This document shows positions 24,476-33,779 of a stretch of DNA of 37,474 bases, in pieces (position 1 is the first letter of the stretch; every line of letters begins with the position of its first letter). Position numbers and translations under genes: made by a program. This DNA is from a virus. The stretch is from IMG/VR virus record IMGVR_UViG_3300017971_000152, one strand, 5' to 3'. A model generated the notes under the pieces. That model searched no databases, had not been told where the DNA came from, and worked only from the letters and a program-made list of their open reading frames with translations.

Positions 24476-24742
24476 ATGCCTGAGGACAAAACACCGTCAG
24501 CGCCGGCGCCTGAGACACCGGCACCCAAGCCGGCAGAGCTCAAAGAGGGTGAGTATGTCGAGCTCGTCAGAGGTGCCAATGTACGTTGTGGCTCTGAGCG
24601 TTGGCCTCACGGTGCTCTCGTGAAACTGACCGCGGCCAGGCTCGAGGTGGCGGCCAAGTTGCCGCCTGGCACCGTACGGGTGGTCAAGGCCGACAGAGTC
24701 AAAGAGGTCAAGGCCGCCGGCCAGTATGTGGTCATTGAGTGA
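24476..24742 (+). CDS. Small hypothetical protein upstream of the tail tube gene
   Basis: ATG follows AGAGGGGGTGAGAAA, internal to ORF 24080..24742. Confidence 0.5.
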   Translation: MPEDKTPSAPAPETPAPKPAELKEGEYVELVRGANVRCGSERWPHGALVKLTAARLEVAAKLPPGTVRVVKADRVKEVKAAGQYVVIE

Positions 24743-24801
24743 GCAAGTGGTGGCTGTGAGGCCAGGCGCAAGGTCAACACAGCACAGAGGGGGTGCAAAC
24801 T

Positions 24802-25557
24802 ATGGCTGACAACCCTTGGATTACACCAATGTTGGTAGGCAAGGGTATGTTTTTTGACGTCACCAACGACTTTCAATACCCTGAGTTTGTTGAGTTTCAA
24901 CTGACTTTTGGTATTGAAAACGTGGTGTTGCCACGCGGTGACATTGTCTCGAGCTTGCTCATACCCATGAGTCAACCCATAACAGGCCGGCTTGGTTTCC
25001 GTGCCTTGCACGGCACCATGTTGGCCTCGTTGACTGGTGGCACGTCTGCCGCCGGCACGGTCAAGTGGGTTGAGCGTGAGGCAATAACAGTGCCGTCAGG
25101 CGCACCGTACACCGTTACCCTTGCCAACACGCCGGCACGCACTGACGCCATGCAAGTCATTTCTCAGGACGGGCGCCTATTCCGTCAGGTGGTGGCTGTG
25201 GGCACCAACACTGGTGAGTACCAAATAAGTGGTACCACCATGACGTTTGTTGCGGGTGACGCCGGCAAGGCACTCGACGTGTCGTACTACAAAACCGTGG
25301 CAAGCGTGGGTGAAACCATAACTGTGGCGCCTGACGACTTGCCTGGTGCGTTTCAGTTGTACGGGTCACTCAGAGCGTATGACCCGTATGGCCGTGCGTA
25401 CTACACAGACGGCGTTGGGGTGAGCCTCAACAACTGCCGGCGCAATGGTGACTTTGGCGTTGGCGCCACCAACCCTGAGGTTGCACCAGTTGGTTTCGAC
25501 TTCCTGGTTGAAAACCTCGTGACAGGTGACGTGGTTGTTTACACGCCGTCAACGTAA
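24802..25557 (+). CDS. Major tail (tube) protein
   Basis: 251 aa, immediately upstream of the chaperone and tape-measure genes, and followed by a hairpin. Confidence 0.6.
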   Translation: MADNPWITPMLVGKGMFFDVTNDFQYPEFVEFQLTFGIENVVLPRGDIVSSLLIPMSQPITGRLGFRALHGTMLASLTGGTSAAGTVKWVEREAITVPSGAPYTVTLANTPARTDAMQVISQDGRLFRQVVAVGTNTGEYQISGTTMTFVAGDAGKALDVSYYKTVASVGETITVAPDDLPGAFQLYGSLRAYDPYGRAYYTDGVGVSLNNCRRNGDFGVGATNPEVAPVGFDFLVENLVTGDVVVYTPST

Positions 25558-25586
25558 GTGAGGGTACCTGACCACCGCAACCTCAC

Positions 25587-25622
25587 CACGGCCTCTTTGT
25601 GCCTGGCCGTGTGTGTTGTGTC
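25587..25622 (+). terminator. Possible leaky terminator after the major tail gene
   Basis: Stem cacggcc/ggccgtg with an 11-nt loop, followed by the T/G-rich tgtgttgtgtcg. A second GC hairpin lies at about 25643..25678. Confidence 0.3.
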
Positions 25623-25698
25623 GAGGTGAGTTGGCAACTGACAGCCTGGCGGCTGTGTGAGGCCGCCGGCCAGGCTCAAACCACACTGTGAGGGTCAC

Positions 25699-26343
25699 AT
25701 GAAAAAGACACCAGGCGCACCAACACGTGGCCATGCCAGGGTCACGAGAGGGACGCCGGCGGTGACGCCGGCACAAATGACCGGCTTGGCCGGCAAGGGC
25801 AAGGTTGCACCCTTGAGTGAGGCACCTGAGCATGTGCGCAACGCCATTTTGGGCGCGCAACAGGCATGGCGTGACCATGACGTGGCAGTCATTGAGCGCC
25901 AGGTGCCGTTTGTCGAGCTCACCGCTGACACCATAAAGGTTGGGCGCATTGAGTTGCCCATACCCACGTTGGCCGCGGTGCATGTCATACGCCGTGTGTG
26001 GCTCGACGACAATGACCAAATACGCATACCTGAGGGTGCTGAGGAAACAGAGCTTGGGGCCATATGGTGGTGCCTGGCGCACCAACGTGACGACAAGGGC
26101 AAGGTCATTGGCAAGTTTCTCACTGACCCAACGTGGCGGCCTGAGCCAACAGAGTTGCTCGAGTACCTCTGCCAGTTGGGTGTGGGTGCTGACTTGAGAG
26201 ACTTTGCACAGGCTCTCACGGCGTCACTCATGTTGCTCAGTGAGGACGGCCAAAAAAAAGTGACAGAGGCGGCAGTCAAGGGCCGGCTAAGGTTGCCGCT
26301 GTCCCACTTGGTGTCACCGAATGCGTTGTCTTTTGTTGCCTAA
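25699..26343 (+). CDS. Tail assembly chaperone (gpG-like, zero-frame product)
   Basis: Lies between the tube and tape-measure genes and carries an A8 slippery run near its 3' end. SD is GAGGG. Confidence 0.65.
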   Translation: MKKTPGAPTRGHARVTRGTPAVTPAQMTGLAGKGKVAPLSEAPEHVRNAILGAQQAWRDHDVAVIERQVPFVELTADTIKVGRIELPIPTLAAVHVIRRVWLDDNDQIRIPEGAEETELGAIWWCLAHQRDDKGKVIGKFLTDPTWRPEPTELLEYLCQLGVGADLRDFAQALTASLMLLSEDGQKKVTEAAVKGRLRLPLSHLVSPNALSFVA

Positions 26344-26456
26344 TGACAGGGTTGCCGCCTGAGTATTTTCACACAGAGCTCAACGTCAGGCAACTCAATG
26401 CGTTTGTCAGAGCTCTCAACAACCTCATGCCGGTCATGCCAAGGCGCATGTTTTGA
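25699..26456 (+). CDS. Putative gpGT-like frameshift fusion product (a -1 slip at 26252..26259)
   Basis: The -1 frame after the slip reads KKSDRGGSQGPAKVAAV...PPEYFHTELNVRQLNAFVRALNNLMPVMPRRMF. The alternative is an independent 37-aa ORF from ATG 26343 (TAATG overlap). Confidence 0.45.
26252..26259 (+). promoter_or_regulatory. Candidate -1 programmed ribosomal frameshift site A_AAA_AAA(G)
   Basis: The zero frame reads caa aaa aaa gtg. The -1 frame stays open for 68 codons, to the TGA at 26454..26456. Confidence 0.5.
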
Positions 26457-26468
26457 GGGGGCACTCAG

Positions 26469-26621
26469 GTGTTGCGTTGGCTGAAATGGTCACTGGTGAC
26501 GTTGTACTTGGCTGTCATTGCGTTTCTCATGTCTCTCGTGGCATGGCTGTTGACTGACATGTACTGCCGGCTCGTGACACTCGAGGCCGTCATTGAGTCA
26601 CATACAGACTGGTTGAGGTGA
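26469..26621 (+). CDS. 50-aa single-TM membrane protein
   Basis: GTG follows GAGGGGGCACTCAG. The sequence is MLRWLKWSLVTLYLAVIAFLMSLVAWLLTDMYCRL... It falls below the ORF-track cut-off. Confidence 0.4.
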   Translation: MLRWLKWSLVTLYLAVIAFLMSLVAWLLTDMYCRLVTLEAVIESHTDWLR

Positions 26622-26625
26622 CGCC

Positions 26626-29169
26626 GTGACCGCACAAAAGGACGTCAACATAACAATAACTCTTGACGCCAGTGGTGCCATTGCCGGCGTCAAACAGTTT
26701 ACGGGTGAGGTGGTCAAGGGGGTTGGCAAGGCCACAAAAGAGGTGAGTGGCCTTGAAAACGCCATTGGTGCGGTTGGTGGCGCTCTCATATTCCAGAAAC
26801 TCAAGGGCGCAATAAAGGGTGCCGCTGACCAGGCCGCGTTTGCCACTCAAAACCTCAGCGTGTTGCGTGACGTCGTCAACGCTCTTGGCAAGGACGGTGA
26901 GGCCGCTGTCAAGGCGGCTCGTGACTTGTCTGACGCAATGCTCAGTGAATATGACGCGGCTGAGGGGTTGCGCAACCTCATGGCCAGCGGGCTCGAGCTA
27001 CCCAAGGCCATTGAGCTCATGGAAACCCTCAAAAACAGCGCCGCGGCCAACAGACGTGCCAGTATGAGCCTGGCACAACAAATCATTTCAACCACTGAGG
27101 GTATAAGAAACAACCAGGCGGCTCTCACTGACAATTCAGGTATCACCAAAAACGCAAGTACCATACAACTCGAGTACGCACGCTCTGTGGGCAAAACCAT
27201 AAACCAGTTGAGCCAACAAGAGCTTGCACTGGCCACGGCCAATGGTTTCATCAAAGAGGGCGCCGTGTTCATGGGCACGTACGAGAAACAGTTGGGCGGG
27301 TACTTGGGTATGCAAGGCCGTGCCACCAAGGCCACTCGTGACCTGGCCATTGCATTTGGTGAGCAACTACAACCCGCCATGACCACCATGTACTCACTCA
27401 TTGCTCGAGGCACTGAGAGCTTGACCGGCCTGACGAGCACCGCGGGTGACCTCGTGCCTGTACTGGCCGCCGCGGCAATAGCATTTCCGGCTGTGGCCGC
27501 CGGCATAAAGGCTGTCACGTTTGCGTGGAATATACTCAAGGCGTCAGCGTTGCCGGCGCTCATTGCCAGTATTGTTGCCGGCCTTGTGGTGTGGCTGACA
27601 ACCACTGAGAGTGGCCGGCGTGCGTGGGCCACATTTGTCAACGCCATACAAGCCGGCGTGGTGGCGGCCAAGGCATACGTCGTCAACCTCGTCAGAGGTT
27701 TCACCACTCAGTTTCCGGTCATACTCGAGCTCTTTGAGCTCGTCAAGCGTGGCGCCGGCCTCATGTGGGGTGCGCTCAAGTTTGCCGCTGAGAAAATATG
27801 GGACGGCATAAAGTGGTTGGGTGACAACGTCAAGGCCGTGTTTGGGCGCATTGCAGACTGGGTTGGCGGCATAGTCAAGAGGGTTGCCAAGCTCTTTGGT
27901 ATTGACACCTCTGAGGGTGACGGCCTGGTCAATGACGTCAAGGACATATACGGCAACGCCGGCAAGGCCGCGGTGAGTGCGTTTGGTACTGAGTTTGACA
28001 AACGCATGGCTGAGTTTGAGGCCAACCAGGCCAACCGGAAACCCATAACAATACCAACCGCCGCGGCACCACCAACAACTGACGCCGGCGTGCCGGCACC
28101 CGACAAAAAGACTCTCGACGAGAAAAAGAGGTTGTATGCTGAGGCCGTCAAGGTGGCTGAGCAAGCCTTGTTTCAAGAAACAGAGCTCACCAAACGTGCC
28201 ATTGACGAGCGCATTGACGCACTACGCAAGGCCGGTATTGACGAGGTCACCATACGTGACGCCGGCTTGCGCACCACCCTCAATTTTGAGCGTGGGCACT
28301 TTCAGTGGCTCGAGGAACAGTACGACAAAACGTACACGTTGGCACAGTTGCGCCAGTTGCTCTTGACAGAGGTGACCAAGGCACAGACTGAGAAACGCAA
28401 ACAAATACATGAGGACGCGGCCAAAACCATTGCACAGACGTTTCAGAGTCAATGGGACCAAGAGCGCCAACGGGTGTATGACCAGGTCAAGGTGTGGGCT
28501 GACGCCGGCCTCGAGTATGTTGACGTGTGGACCTCAGCCGGCACCAAACGTGTCACCGTGGCTGAGTGGGTACACGCCAGGTTGGCAGAAATACGCAAGG
28601 CTCAACTCAAGCAAGAAAAAGAGGACGCTGAGAAACTCAAAGAGCTGTGGCAAGGGTTGGGCTCTGCCATTGACAACGGCTTGCAGAGCACGTTTGAGCA
28701 CATTGCGTTTGCGTCTGACGGCCTCAAGGTCAAGCTCGAGGACACCGCCAAGAGCATATATGCCGCCTGGTTGCGTGAGCTTTTCAACCCCATGAGAGAG
28801 CAAATGGCCAAAATGTTGGCTGAAATGACCAGGCGCTCAGGGTTTCTTGGTGGCCTGTTGGCCGGCGTTGGGGGGTTTTTTGCCGGTGGCCCACTGGGTG
28901 CCTTGGTTGGGCTCGTGGGTGGCATGTCCAACATGGCCTACAACAATATGGCCGGCACACCACAGAGCGCACAGTTTGGGTTGGGTGCTCAGGCCGCCGG
29001 CGCCGGCGCTCTGCCAGGTCCACTCGTGTATGCCAACAACCGTTTTGACCTGAGGGGTGCCGCCATTTTCTCACCAGGTGACGCCAGGCATGGGTTTGAG
29101 CGCATTGCACGAGAGTACATACTGCCGGCGCTCGACGTTGAAAACGAGAGGTATGAGCCAGGCAAATGA
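26626..29169 (+). CDS. Tape measure protein
   Basis: 847 aa with long helical regions, central hydrophobic segments and a Gly-rich C-terminus, in the canonical position. Confidence 0.85.
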   Translation: MTAQKDVNITITLDASGAIAGVKQFTGEVVKGVGKATKEVSGLENAIGAVGGALIFQKLKGAIKGAADQAAFATQNLSVLRDVVNALGKDGEAAVKAARDLSDAMLSEYDAAEGLRNLMASGLELPKAIELMETLKNSAAANRRASMSLAQQIISTTEGIRNNQAALTDNSGITKNASTIQLEYARSVGKTINQLSQQELALATANGFIKEGAVFMGTYEKQLGGYLGMQGRATKATRDLAIAFGEQLQPAMTTMYSLIARGTESLTGLTSTAGDLVPVLAAAAIAFPAVAAGIKAVTFAWNILKASALPALIASIVAGLVVWLTTTESGRRAWATFVNAIQAGVVAAKAYVVNLVRGFTTQFPVILELFELVKRGAGLMWGALKFAAEKIWDGIKWLGDNVKAVFGRIADWVGGIVKRVAKLFGIDTSEGDGLVNDVKDIYGNAGKAAVSAFGTEFDKRMAEFEANQANRKPITIPTAAAPPTTDAGVPAPDKKTLDEKKRLYAEAVKVAEQALFQETELTKRAIDERIDALRKAGIDEVTIRDAGLRTTLNFERGHFQWLEEQYDKTYTLAQLRQLLLTEVTKAQTEKRKQIHEDAAKTIAQTFQSQWDQERQRVYDQVKVWADAGLEYVDVWTSAGTKRVTVAEWVHARLAEIRKAQLKQEKEDAEKLKELWQGLGSAIDNGLQSTFEHIAFASDGLKVKLEDTAKSIYAAWLRELFNPMREQMAKMLAEMTRRSGFLGGLLAGVGGFFAGGPLGALVGLVGGMSNMAYNNMAGTPQSAQFGLGAQAAGAGALPGPLVYANNRFDLRGAAIFSPGDARHGFERIAREYILPALDVENERYEPGK

Positions 29170-32100
29170 GGACACTGACACAGGCTTTTCAGGACATACG
29201 CAACAAGAAACAAGGGTATGACCTCTTACGCCGGCTCTTGCTGTTGCCTCAGTACCAGGCGCCGGTGGCCAGTATTGTGACCGGCGGCAAGAGTGTGTAC
29301 GTTGACGGTCAAATGGCACCCATGTTTCCAAGCCAGGTGGCCGGCGCCGTTGGCTACGGTGACATGGTGTACGTGTCGAGCAAGAGGTATGACGGCCTGT
29401 TGCCATTGGTCAACTGTGGTGTCATTTCAAACGGGCGCACAGCCGTCAATTTTGACGTGCCTGACGACACTTTCACTGACGACGACATTGGTGCATACCT
29501 GGCGCCGGCATGGGACGTCACACACCTCATTGCAGACGGCGGCTTGAGCGTGCCTGACCTCAAGCTCGAGGGTGAGTCACTCAACAAGTTTGACTCAGGC
29601 CAAATGTCAGTGGTGCTCAATGACCCTAACAAGTGGCTGTACGACTCTGACAGCGAAAGTGGCCCACTATACATGCGTGGTGTCATGGGCACCGCCACCT
29701 CAAACCCAGTGGCCGTGGGCTCGTATTGTGCCAAAATAACTGACACCAACGCCAGTTTCACAGTTGACGGCCTGTTTCCTGGTGAGCTTGTCATGCTCAG
29801 TGGCGCGGCTCGAGGCAAACGCTACCACGTATATGACAACGACGCTGACGACATATACGTTAGGGGCCGGCTCGACACTGACGGCGTGGTTGCCGGTGAC
29901 CGTTTCATTGTCAACAGGTCACGTGTGGTGTACTTTCAGCTACACCTTGGCATTGAGGGTGCCACTGACCAGGTCATGGTCATGGGTGGCCTCATTGCAC
30001 CCAAGGCCATACAGTACAACGCACGAGAGCACACCCTGAGCATGACTGGGTATGGCATGTTGCGTGACCTCGAGCGTACACCGGCATACCTTGTGTCACA
30101 ACAAGGTGGCCTGTTGCCCAAAATGCGTGCGCTCAAGCCTCTCAGGTACGTCGAGCCACCCGCCGGCGCACCAGTATATGGGCCACGGCCTCTCAGGTAC
30201 CGTTTCGAGTCTGCCAAACTCACCGGCATTGACCTCAAGAGCATTGAGAGCGAAACGCACGACGGCGTGTACCGTTTGCAGTTTCGCCGGCCAACCTCGT
30301 GGCGTTGGGCAATGGGCGCGTGGACAATACCAAGTGGCGCGGGTGACAGTTTTGAGGACACACTACCGGCACACGCTGACGTTGGTGGTGGTGACCTCAC
30401 GGCTGAGTTTCAACCAGGCTCATACCCATTGGCTGACGACGAGGACATTGCCATTGTGACGACGAGGGGCACTCAGTACATTGTCAAGTGGCGTGAGCGT
30501 GTTTATGAGTACCCACGCGGTTGGCGGCCATACAAGTATGAGCGTGACACCTTGCGCACGCGCCGTGTTGTTGTTGAAATGGCCGGTGACCCTCTCAGGC
30601 CGTACGACGCCACGCACATTGGCCACCCAGTGGTCACGTTTGACAACGGACCTGACCTCGAGCTCAGGCCGGTGTTTGACGTGGTGTACTGGTACAAGGG
30701 CGGTTGGACTGACCGCACGGTTGAGGCTGAAACCCGCGGTGGCACGTCATTTTCTATTGCTGACGACACAACTGACTACCTGTACTTGGGCGCCAGGCGG
30801 CCATTTGGTGGTGCGTACTTTGTGCTCGACGACAGCACGGGTTGGACTGGTGCAGGCAACATGACCATGCAATACTGGGACGGCACCGCCTGGCAGACAC
30901 TCACTTTCACTGACCTCACTGACGACTTTGACCAGGACGGCCTCATATACTGGGACATACCACTTGACTGGGCTCTCAAGGGTGAGCTCGACGGCTCGAG
31001 CTCTACACCACGGTACTACTATGTACGCATAGGCCGCACCATAAACAACGTCAACACCGCCAAGGCCAGGCAAATACTCAGGTACCAAGAGGCCACCGGC
31101 GCCAAGGCTGACAAACTGGGGTTTGTAACAGAGTTTGAGTACCTCACCATTGGTGACCTGAGTGACGACGTGGTCATTGTGGCTGATGCCAACGGTGACC
31201 CTGTGCCGGCCACATGGTACACCACCACGAGGCTGTATGACGTTGTCACCCGCGCACTCGACGCGGCCTTTTACGGCTCAACAAAACGAGAGTTGGCTGA
31301 CTGTGTGCTCACCTCGAGCGCCAAGTTTGTTGCGCCTTGGGGGCGCATACCGTACATGACGAGCAACCTCAAGGTCACCGCCAGTTGTTTTGACAAGGTG
31401 CGTGGTGAGTTTGTGGTTGGCCTTGAAAACGAGTTGTGGCTGTTGCCTCGAGAGGGTGAGCCTCAACTAATATGGCGGTTGCCGCCACGGTACGAGGTGG
31501 CCGGCCTGGCATACTCAGAGGGTGACGACAGCGTTTCAGGCATGGCCATACGGCGCGAGAAACCCACTGAGTCACGTGACCCCGCTGAGTACCCTGAGGG
31601 TCAGTACAGTCTCATGTTTGAGCTCACCAGTGACAACACGGCAGTGCTGTACTGGGGGTATGTCACTTTTGCCTTACATGAAATTGTTGACACGCGGTAC
31701 ATATACCGCACCGGCTGTGTGGTTGGGGCCAACCTGGTTGTGGGCCAGTTGACGGGCTCAAGTGAGAGTGAAAACGTCATTGTGCCGTTTCCTCAACTCG
31801 TCATACATGCTGACACCTTGGCTCAGTATGTCCAATTTGACCATGACGTAAACAGCCTCTTTGACGAGGTGGCAACCGGCGGTGACGGGCGGTTGCCTGA
31901 GTGGCTCGTGCCAGGCTTTTACGTCGTGTCAGCGTACAACACCGCGGCCACCAGGCTTGGCCTGAGAGTCAACTGGGGCACCCGCAAGGCGTTTGGTGTG
32001 GACTACCTCAACGCCGGCATGTTTCTTGAAAGCCGGCCACTGACGTTGCCCAACTGCAATGCACTGTACTTTTTCAGTGCGTCGTCAGGTGGTGTGACTG

Positions 32101-33770
32101 CAAGTCTCAAGGCTGTGCTCGAGGACCGTGACAGCCACTTTCAGGCCATGACCACTGGGCCGTTTCAGCGGCCAGGCTCAAGCGTGTACTGGCAATGTCA
32201 GTTTCTTGCATACACGTATTGGATTGACAACGGCTCACTGCCAGGCAACCACAGGTCACCCACGTTTATTGACATGTGGGTTGGCCAAGGGCTTGACGGC
32301 CACAAGCCCAAGCAAATTGTGTTGTACGACAACAGCGCATACACTGACGAAACTGACGCTGACCCCAAAACCATACCCAAGGACGTGGGCGACTACATTG
32401 CAGTGGGTTTCAAAACCAAGTGGTGTACGCCGACATGGGGCATAACAACCGGCTTGAGCGGCTCACCCAACGTGGTGGCGCAATACTGGGACGGCGCAGA
32501 CTGGGTCAACTGTACTGTACACCAGGACGACACCGCCGACATGAAAACCACTGGGTACAAAACGCACTGGTTTTCTGTGCCTTGGGACCGTGACTTGTTG
32601 AGCAACTGGGTGGCTGACCACCCGCCTGTTTTCCCTGGCAGTGACGACTTGTATTACATACGTTTCAGAATACAAACCGCCGGCGGTGCTGAGGGTGAGT
32701 ACACTGACGTCAGAGCGGCACGGCTGACCGTATGGGAAAGTGGCGATAGTGGCGCATGGTGGCCTGTTGACATGTGTTACAACCCCAACCAAGAGAGACT
32801 GTACGTCACGTTTCTTGACCGTGGCTTGTTGCAGTATAGGCTTGGGGTCATAAACCTCGACTTGAGCTCTGAGTACCCAACCAGGTCAAATGACCCGCCA
32901 ATATACACAACCCTGGCGAATTTCGACAACGAGCACGCCATACAAGGCATGGTGTACCACTCCGCTGACCACTACGTGTACGCATGTGAGACTGACGCCA
33001 GGCACAACGAGGTGCCGGCCAGGCTCGTGAAAATAAGCTCAAGTGGTGGCGTGCCAATAGTCAACGAGGTGGCCGGTGAAATAATGGCTGGTGAGTGCCA
33101 TTTGCCGGTCAACCTCATGAGTGACGGCGCTAATGACCGGCTATATGGTTTCACGGCCGACGTCGAGTGGCTCTTTTGGCAGTATGCCACTGAGTTTGAC
33201 GTGAGGCTCATGCAAGCCTCTTTTGGTGAGTCAGACACAGTGCGCACCGTGGTTGAGGCCGTGGCTGAAATAATGGCCATGCTCTGCCACATGAAACCAA
33301 CTGGTGACCTCGTACTCAAGCCTCGAGCTCATGACGACGCGGCCACCTCAGTTTTGGCGGCCACGGTACAAGCCGTATATGGGCCAAGTCAGTGGCCGCA
33401 CAGTGCTGACGCGGTGGCCGTCAACTGGCGTGATCACAGAGGCCGCACAGGCACAGAGGTGTACGGTGACACTGGTTTTGGCCGGCGGGTGCTGACCATT
33501 GACAACCCGTTTGTGCAAACACCGCACATGGCACGTGTGGTGGCTGAAAACCTGTGGTATTTCTTGGCCAACTACCGGCGCATGACCCTGGCCATGTTTG
33601 ACCTGTGGCTTGAGGGTGAAATAACTGACGCCATAAGTGTTGACGTGCCGGCTGAGCTCACGCAAATTGACCTCAGCGGCCTCGAGTGGCTTGTCATTGG
33701 ACTGCAACCCAACCCACTTGACGGCAGTGTGGGTGTCATGTTGCTCGAGCGCATACTGCCGGCCACGTGA
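29166..33770 (+). CDS. Very large tail tip / baseplate-hub protein (1534 aa), probably fusing distal-tail, hub and central-fibre functions
   Basis: ATGA coupling to the tape-measure gene. No separate Dit or Tal genes are present. Confidence 0.7.
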   Translation: MRTLTQAFQDIRNKKQGYDLLRRLLLLPQYQAPVASIVTGGKSVYVDGQMAPMFPSQVAGAVGYGDMVYVSSKRYDGLLPLVNCGVISNGRTAVNFDVPDDTFTDDDIGAYLAPAWDVTHLIADGGLSVPDLKLEGESLNKFDSGQMSVVLNDPNKWLYDSDSESGPLYMRGVMGTATSNPVAVGSYCAKITDTNASFTVDGLFPGELVMLSGAARGKRYHVYDNDADDIYVRGRLDTDGVVAGDRFIVNRSRVVYFQLHLGIEGATDQVMVMGGLIAPKAIQYNAREHTLSMTGYGMLRDLERTPAYLVSQQGGLLPKMRALKPLRYVEPPAGAPVYGPRPLRYRFESAKLTGIDLKSIESETHDGVYRLQFRRPTSWRWAMGAWTIPSGAGDSFEDTLPAHADVGGGDLTAEFQPGSYPLADDEDIAIVTTRGTQYIVKWRERVYEYPRGWRPYKYERDTLRTRRVVVEMAGDPLRPYDATHIGHPVVTFDNGPDLELRPVFDVVYWYKGGWTDRTVEAETRGGTSFSIADDTTDYLYLGARRPFGGAYFVLDDSTGWTGAGNMTMQYWDGTAWQTLTFTDLTDDFDQDGLIYWDIPLDWALKGELDGSSSTPRYYYVRIGRTINNVNTAKARQILRYQEATGAKADKLGFVTEFEYLTIGDLSDDVVIVADANGDPVPATWYTTTRLYDVVTRALDAAFYGSTKRELADCVLTSSAKFVAPWGRIPYMTSNLKVTASCFDKVRGEFVVGLENELWLLPREGEPQLIWRLPPRYEVAGLAYSEGDDSVSGMAIRREKPTESRDPAEYPEGQYSLMFELTSDNTAVLYWGYVTFALHEIVDTRYIYRTGCVVGANLVVGQLTGSSESENVIVPFPQLVIHADTLAQYVQFDHDVNSLFDEVATGGDGRLPEWLVPGFYVVSAYNTAATRLGLRVNWGTRKAFGVDYLNAGMFLESRPLTLPNCNALYFFSASSGGVTASLKAVLEDRDSHFQAMTTGPFQRPGSSVYWQCQFLAYTYWIDNGSLPGNHRSPTFIDMWVGQGLDGHKPKQIVLYDNSAYTDETDADPKTIPKDVGDYIAVGFKTKWCTPTWGITTGLSGSPNVVAQYWDGADWVNCTVHQDDTADMKTTGYKTHWFSVPWDRDLLSNWVADHPPVFPGSDDLYYIRFRIQTAGGAEGEYTDVRAARLTVWESGDSGAWWPVDMCYNPNQERLYVTFLDRGLLQYRLGVINLDLSSEYPTRSNDPPIYTTLANFDNEHAIQGMVYHSADHYVYACETDARHNEVPARLVKISSSGGVPIVNEVAGEIMAGECHLPVNLMSDGANDRLYGFTADVEWLFWQYATEFDVRLMQASFGESDTVRTVVEAVAEIMAMLCHMKPTGDLVLKPRAHDDAATSVLAATVQAVYGPSQWPHSADAVAVNWRDHRGRTGTEVYGDTGFGRRVLTIDNPFVQTPHMARVVAENLWYFLANYRRMTLAMFDLWLEGEITDAISVDVPAELTQIDLSGLEWLVIGLQPNPLDGSVGVMLLERILPAT

Positions 33771-33779
33771 GGTGAGAAC

